IMG/VR virus record: IMGVR_UViG_3300020074_002050 | Span: 1 to 60,188 of that record | Direction: 5' to 3' (one strand) | Origin: a virus | Lineage: Duplodnaviria > Caudoviricetes | Length of the DNA: 60,188 nt | Shown here: in pieces, positions 55,067 to 60,188 of the stretch | How the letters are laid out: the number at the start of each line of letters is the position of its first letter | How positions within the stretch are numbered: the stretch's first letter is position 1 | Notes under the pieces: model-generated | Told to the model about the DNA's origin: nothing | What the model saw: only the letters and a program-made list of their open reading frames with translations | The model's database searches: none | Made by a program: the position numbers and the translations under genes

Positions 55067-56016
55067 ATAAAATTATTTTTATAATATTGTACTATTTCTT
55101 TTATTTCAGCATCGAATTTGCATATAGGTCTCCATCCAAGATTTTTTAACTTATTATCATTCAAAGCATATCTAACATCTTGACCTTCTCTTGAAATTGA
55201 TAAATCTAAATATTTTTCTTTATAATCGTCTGGAAGACTATCAAAATATTCAGAAATTATTTTTTCAACGGTCACAATATTGCTTTGTTCAAAACCACCA
55301 GCAATATTAAAAATTTCATTTTTGACTCCACTTTCGATGATTTTTATAACTGCATTAGCAGTATCTTTTGCATGAAGCCAATTTCTAAATGGAGAGCCTT
55401 GATTGTGCAACGGTATTTTTCGATTTAAAGCTAAGCACTTACATGCTTTTGGAATAAGTTTTTCTACATATTGTCCAATTCCATAATTATTTGTAGGACG
55501 AACAATAACATAGTTAATTTTATATGTTCTAGCCCATGCAAGAATCAATTGATCTGCTGCCGCTTTTGTAGCTGAATATGGATTGCTAGGTTTTAAAATA
55601 TCTGTTTCGATATGTTCTCCTTCAGAAATATCGCCATAAACTTCATCAGTGCTAAAATGAATTAATGTTGGAGTAATTATTCCTTCTCTCTTATAAGTCT
55701 TAAGCAATTCAACTATATTATAAACACCATTTATATTTGATTTAATAAAATCATCGCTTTTTCTTATTGAGTTATCAACATGCGTTTCAGCGGCGACATT
55801 GATGAAATAATCGCAATCAACAAGCCTATCAAGATTACAGATGTCTATCTGTTCGAATTTGAATCTCTTATATTTATAAAATTCACGCAATAAATCTGCT
55901 CTTGCAGCATAAGTTACTTTATCAATTCCAATTACATAGTAATTTTTTTCTAAGCAGATTCTTGTTAAATAAGATCCTATAAGCCCGAGACATCCGGTGA
56001 TATAAACCACTTTCAT
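55060..56016 (-). CDS. rfbB: NDP(dTDP)-glucose 4,6-dehydratase
   Basis: AAETHVD, STDEVYG, NPYSATKA, EKLIP. Confidence 0.88.
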   Translation of the reverse strand: MKVVYITGCLGLIGSYLTRICLEKNYYVIGIDKVTYAARADLLREFYKYKRFKFEQIDICNLDRLVDCDYFINVAAETHVDNSIRKSDDFIKSNINGVYNIVELLKTYKREGIITPTLIHFSTDEVYGDISEGEHIETDILKPSNPYSATKAAADQLILAWARTYKINYVIVRPTNNYGIGQYVEKLIPKACKCLALNRKIPLHNQGSPFRNWLHAKDTANAVIKIIESGVKNEIFNIAGGFEQSNIVTVEKIISEYFDSLPDDYKEKYLDLSISREGQDVRYALNDNKLKNLGWRPICKFDAEIKEIVQYYKNNFIW

Positions 56017-57338
56017 AATTCTGATATAAATAGATCTAAATTTTTCTTTATATAACAGATTTGTTCTTCAGTTATAACTGGGCTTGTGCCTAAGAAAAAT
56101 GTATCTGTTGTAATTTTACGAGCTATAGGAAATTTTTCAATAACATCTTTTGAATTCATAATTCCAGAATAAGCTGGCTGTAACATGATATTACCTGCAA
56201 AATATGGTCGAGTTTGAATTTTGGCGTTTTCGAAGTGTTGAACTATGTGTTTACGTTTAAATGGTGCGCCATCTTTAATTGTTACAGCGAACGCGAACCA
56301 ACTTGGATCAGCTAATTCAGTAGCTTTTGGAATAATAAAATATTTATCATATTGATTGAAAGCGTCACAAAGAAGAGCGTGATTGCGTTTTCTTAATCTG
56401 TGTATTTCAGGAAGTTTAGACATTTGAGCAAGACCCATAGATGCTTGTAGCTCCATTGGTTTTAAATTATATCCAATTTCATCATAAACATATTTATGAT
56501 CAAACTCTTCTTCTGGAAGTTCTGGAAGCCAATTTGAAAAACGTTTACCGCATGAACCATTCTTCAGTAGATTAGCTTTCTTGCCTACGCAATAGCAACC
56601 GCGACCCCATTCTCTAAAACTTCTTGTTACTATTTTTTGGAGATGGGTTTTACATGCCACAAATCCACCTTCGCCCATAGTCATATGATGAGCTGGATAA
56701 AAGCTGCAACTAGTAAGTTCGCCAAAACTACCAAGAGGTTTTCCATCATAAGTTGAGCCTAAAGCATCACAACAATCTTCAAGAAGAACAAGTGAATAAG
56801 TATTGATAATATCCATCAATCGATTCATGTTTGGAGGATTTCCAAGAACATGTGCAAAAGTAATGATTTTTGCTCCTTTCTTAGCCGCTTCTTCAACTTG
56901 ATCTAAATTCAAATTTAAAGTATCAAGATCAATATCTACAAAAACAGGCTCAAAACCCACTTGAAAAATAGGATTGATCGTTGTTGGAAAACCTGCAATC
57001 GGGGTAATTACTTTTGTGCCTTTTGGAAAATTATACAATCTTTTTGATGTCATTGAAGACATCATAATAAGATTAGAGCTACTACCGCTGTTGGTTAATA
57101 TGCCGTACTCTTTTCCAAGCTGTTGTGGAAATTTTGTTTCAAAAGTTATAGCATCTTGACCAAGAACTAGCCATCCGTTTAATAATGATTTTATCGAAGA
57201 AGTATATTCTTCAGAATTAAAATAAGGACCAGCATATTGAACCCAATCTTTGCCGGGAGTCCAATTTTTCTCTTTCTTGTCGATATAATTTTTTACTAGT
57301 TCTAAAATATTGTTTAATTCGTCCATTTTTGCCTCCAT
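56013..57338 (-). CDS. rfbH: CDP-4-keto-6-deoxyglucose 3-dehydrase (E1)
   Basis: EDCCDALG, FYPAHHMTMGEGG, WGRGCYC...C, DHKY. Confidence 0.88.
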   Translation of the reverse strand: MEAKMDELNNILELVKNYIDKKEKNWTPGKDWVQYAGPYFNSEEYTSSIKSLLNGWLVLGQDAITFETKFPQQLGKEYGILTNSGSSSNLIMMSSMTSKRLYNFPKGTKVITPIAGFPTTINPIFQVGFEPVFVDIDLDTLNLNLDQVEEAAKKGAKIITFAHVLGNPPNMNRLMDIINTYSLVLLEDCCDALGSTYDGKPLGSFGELTSCSFYPAHHMTMGEGGFVACKTHLQKIVTRSFREWGRGCYCVGKKANLLKNGSCGKRFSNWLPELPEEEFDHKYVYDEIGYNLKPMELQASMGLAQMSKLPEIHRLRKRNHALLCDAFNQYDKYFIIPKATELADPSWFAFAVTIKDGAPFKRKHIVQHFENAKIQTRPYFAGNIMLQPAYSGIMNSKDVIEKFPIARKITTDTFFLGTSPVITEEQICYIKKNLDLFISEL

Positions 57339-58042
57339 TTTCTTTGGATTATTTTGTCGTAATTAATTTTTGATTGATGCATTTGCCAAGTAGCTTGTTC
57401 TGGATTGATACGATAATAATAACCAATCCATTTTTCATAATTTTCTATTATAATATTCTTGTCAGCTATCTCGCAATATAAAGCATAATCATTTGCTCCT
57501 GAGAATTTAACTGGTTCGGTTTTAAGTTGCAAGTTCTTTTTAAAATCTTTTTTATAAAAAACAGTAGGCGTATTTACGCAACATTTTGTTAAAAGTTGAG
57601 ATTTGAAATCTTCGATGTTATCGTATTTGTAAGCGACTTCTCTTATAATTTTGTCTTCAGAGAACCAAACCAAAGAAGATTGAAAAAATAAAGGTTGATT
57701 TATAGACAATAATTTTACTACATTTTCAATGTAGGTTTCATGTATTACATCGTCAGATCCAATTATAGTATAATAGTCTCCAGAAATATATTTTTCTTCT
57801 GCAAGTTCTATGCATTCGTCCCAGCATTTAGGGTATATATTTTTAGCGGTATCAATAATAAAATTTGCATTATTCTGCTCTTTATATTTAGTAACTGTTT
57901 CTAAACTAGAATCGGAACTTTCATTATCGATAAATATTACTTCGATATTTTTATATGTTTGATTTAAACAAGAACGCAAACACTGTAAAACATATTTTTC
58001 TTTGTTATAATTAGGGATAACTATTGAGATTTTCATATACAA
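57314..58042 (-). CDS. GT2 glycosyltransferase
   Basis: ISIVIPNYN, IDNESSD, GSDD. Confidence 0.85.
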   Translation of the reverse strand: MYMKISIVIPNYNKEKYVLQCLRSCLNQTYKNIEVIFIDNESSDSSLETVTKYKEQNNANFIIDTAKNIYPKCWDECIELAEEKYISGDYYTIIGSDDVIHETYIENVVKLLSINQPLFFQSSLVWFSEDKIIREVAYKYDNIEDFKSQLLTKCCVNTPTVFYKKDFKKNLQLKTEPVKFSGANDYALYCEIADKNIIIENYEKWIGYYYRINPEQATWQMHQSKINYDKIIQRKWRQKWTN

Positions 58043-58935
58043 GATAGTAGTTGTTGAACTCTATTTATATAAGTGTGATTTTCAAGAATGACTTTTTGAT
58101 TTTTCTTTTTTATATTTATTAGTTCATCATTCTTTAGCGAGCATATTTGTTTAGCTTGCTCAACAAGATTTTTAAGATTATTATCAAAAAATGAAAAATT
58201 AAATAAATCTTTAGCTTGCTTTATATTGTCGGATACTAAGATTCCAGTACATCCAAGACTTTTGAAAGTTCTTTCATTTGTATCCAAACCAAGATATCTT
58301 TGATAGGCGTCGTGTATATTAAGAGCTATTTTAGATTGAAGAAGAATTTGATTTTCTTGTTCATGACTTAAATTTCTATCAACAGCAAATGCACATTTTA
58401 GACCTGAATTTTCAATGAAATAATTAAGAGTTTCTTGCATAATAATCACTTTTTCATTAAATCCATTATTAGCTATGCTACCAATAAAACAAATATCGTA
58501 TTCAAATGAATTTGGTATTGTATGATTATAATTTATATCATCAAAAGCGAGAGGAACTGAAATAATATTATTCCATTTTGTGTGATAAGGAAAAGAAAAA
58601 GCAAAATTCCATTTTAAAACATTTTTATAAGAATTCAATTCGTTTATCAAATAATCGCCAATAGAGCATTGAAAGTTTGGGTGATCACCCCAAGGTTTTG
58701 GAAAAGTATTTGGTTGTACGTACAGATATGTTATAATACTGTTTTTTAATATGTCGATGTTTTGTTTATTAACCTTAGAGTCGCAAATAAACAATTTATA
58801 TTGTTGATTTGTATTTACTTCAGAAAGATCGTTTATGAATTTTACTTCGTGATCTAAATATGTCCATGCATGAGCATAACCATTATAAATCCATTTCCCA
58901 GCATGTGAAGAATGGTCTTGTATATAAATTTTCAT
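58033..58935 (-). CDS. CgeB-like glycosyltransferase
   Basis: SKIALN, NERTF, HTYINRV. Confidence 0.75.
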   Translation of the reverse strand: MKIYIQDHSSHAGKWIYNGYAHAWTYLDHEVKFINDLSEVNTNQQYKLFICDSKVNKQNIDILKNSIITYLYVQPNTFPKPWGDHPNFQCSIGDYLINELNSYKNVLKWNFAFSFPYHTKWNNIISVPLAFDDINYNHTIPNSFEYDICFIGSIANNGFNEKVIIMQETLNYFIENSGLKCAFAVDRNLSHEQENQILLQSKIALNIHDAYQRYLGLDTNERTFKSLGCTGILVSDNIKQAKDLFNFSFFDNNLKNLVEQAKQICSLKNDELINIKKKNQKVILENHTYINRVQQLLSCI

Positions 58936-59840
58936 AATTTATTTATTTGCTCTATAAGTTTTGCCAATCTATTTTTAGATGTATGATCGCGAATGAATCG
59001 TTCTTGTCCTTTTTTGGCGATTCTTTCTCTTTCGATTTTATTATTAAGATAAAATTTAATTTTATCAGCAGCTTCTTCAGCGGTTTCATAAACAATAATC
59101 TCTTTATTTGCAATAAAATATTTATCTAAATTTTGAACGTTTTGAGTTACCATTAAAGAACCAGCGCAAGGTATTTCAAACAGCCTTTGTTTCATTTGAG
59201 TCTTCTTTTGAGGATCATTATCATTAATGGTCATATTGAATCCTATTTTACTCAACGAATATAATTCAAACATAGTTTCATAACAACAGCCAGAAAAAAT
59301 AGCTATCTTCGATTTAATAAAGTTAAGTGTATTTATTCTTTCAGTGCTTAATCCTCCGCAAAAACCAACTTCAAATTGTTTGATATTTGAGTTTGTAAGA
59401 TAGTTTTGATTTACATGCCATTGGCCTAATAAAATATTATTATAACCAATATCTTTGTATTTTTTTATACAATATTCTTCAGGTGTTGAACATGCAGTAA
59501 AATATGAACAAATTTGTTTAGAAAAGTTTTCAAATCTCCATGTGTCATCACAAAACCAATTAAAAGTTTTAATGTTGCCTTTTAATGTTAAATTTTTAAT
59601 TTGTTCAAGTGGTTCGTATGGGGCGACTGCTTTTTCTCCACAAAGAATGCTAAAAATCAGATCTGGGCAAAATGTTTCTACTATTTTATTAAAATTAGTC
59701 TCAATCGGATTTGTTGTATCATAAAAATAAACATGATGCCCCAATTCAAGAAAAGGTATATAAAAATTCCAATAAGCAGCATCTATTCTGTTTTTGCCTT
59801 CTCTGATTAAAGTTTTATTGGCAACTAATAGAATTTTCAT
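58932..59840 (-). CDS. CgeB-like glycosyltransferase
   Basis: SKIGFN, KQRLFEIP..G, HTSKNR. Confidence 0.8.
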   Translation of the reverse strand: MKILLVANKTLIREGKNRIDAAYWNFYIPFLELGHHVYFYDTTNPIETNFNKIVETFCPDLIFSILCGEKAVAPYEPLEQIKNLTLKGNIKTFNWFCDDTWRFENFSKQICSYFTACSTPEEYCIKKYKDIGYNNILLGQWHVNQNYLTNSNIKQFEVGFCGGLSTERINTLNFIKSKIAIFSGCCYETMFELYSLSKIGFNMTINDNDPQKKTQMKQRLFEIPCAGSLMVTQNVQNLDKYFIANKEIIVYETAEEAADKIKFYLNNKIERERIAKKGQERFIRDHTSKNRLAKLIEQINKL

Positions 59841-60025
59841 ACTTTATTCCAGAAAGTTAAAGATGCATTTTTACAATTTTCTTTAAAGTTATTATAATTA
59901 CCTTTGTTTTGCCAGATAAAAATATTTTTAGGTTGGAGAGTTTGATTTCCAATAGCATTATATTGCATTTTTAAAGCATGTGGTCTCTTATAACAATTGA
60001 AAATTACTGATATATCTTCTTTCAT
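59837..60025 (-). pseudogene. Chimeric remnant: GT2 N-terminus fused to a GT-B-type C-terminus
   Basis: ISVIFNCYKRP start; last 16 aa resemble the end of the upstream gene. Confidence 0.5.
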
Positions 60026-60188
60026 AATTTTTCCCAAAAATTTAAACCAGCTTTACTGCATTTTTCTCGAAAATTATCAATACCAACCTTTTCTATTTCA
60101 AGTAAACATCCAATTCTATCTTTGCAATTTGTCAATATTTGCATTCCACATAATGCAGCTTCTGCAACTGATCTGCAAAACGGTTCGT
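60022..60188 (-). CDS. 3' end of a GT-B glycosyltransferase (truncated by window)
   Basis: EPFCRSVAEAALCG motif; TGA at 60022. Confidence 0.75.
   Translation of the reverse strand, partial: EPFCRSVAEAALCGMQILTNCKDRIGCLLEIEKVGIDNFREKCSKAGLNFWEKL

Noticed and set aside
49149-60188. Bacterial chromosome O-antigen locus
   Set aside because: Contiguous with nrdJ and phage genes with the same composition and gene packing; no wzx/wzy or housekeeping context

Overview
An AT-rich 60 kb segment of a large tailed dsDNA phage genome, almost all coded on the minus strand. Ig-domain, EF-hand, prepilin-type and beta-barrel proteins suggest a diderm host, possibly Verrucomicrobia/PVC (inference). In order, the window holds: (1) a tRNA/tRNA-like RNA cluster interrupted by iscU, then ruvB; (2) an accessory region with deaminases, thyX, a C5-methyltransferase, rIIA/rIIB, uvsE, an HNH nuclease, dUTPase and envelope proteins; (3) a replication block with a tubulin/FtsZ homolog, a ClpA/C ATPase, a DNA Pol III alpha split into PHP, exonuclease and polymerase genes, an AddB-like nuclease, primase, DnaB and RecA; (4) putative head-associated genes and a class II ribonucleotide reductase; (5) a nucleotide-sugar/glycosyltransferase cluster with two His-type 3-dehydrases. 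The most unusual signals are non-coding: a tRNA-like RNA whose anticodon arm appears moved into the D-arm, a tRNA with a 6-nt anticodon loop, a D-armless three-way-junction RNA, a tRNA with a 19-bp acceptor-stem extension, and two promoter classes (TTGACA-N16-TAnnnT, near-leaderless; a GTGTA motif 14-20 nt before start codons). All calls come from manual motif reading; no database searches were run.
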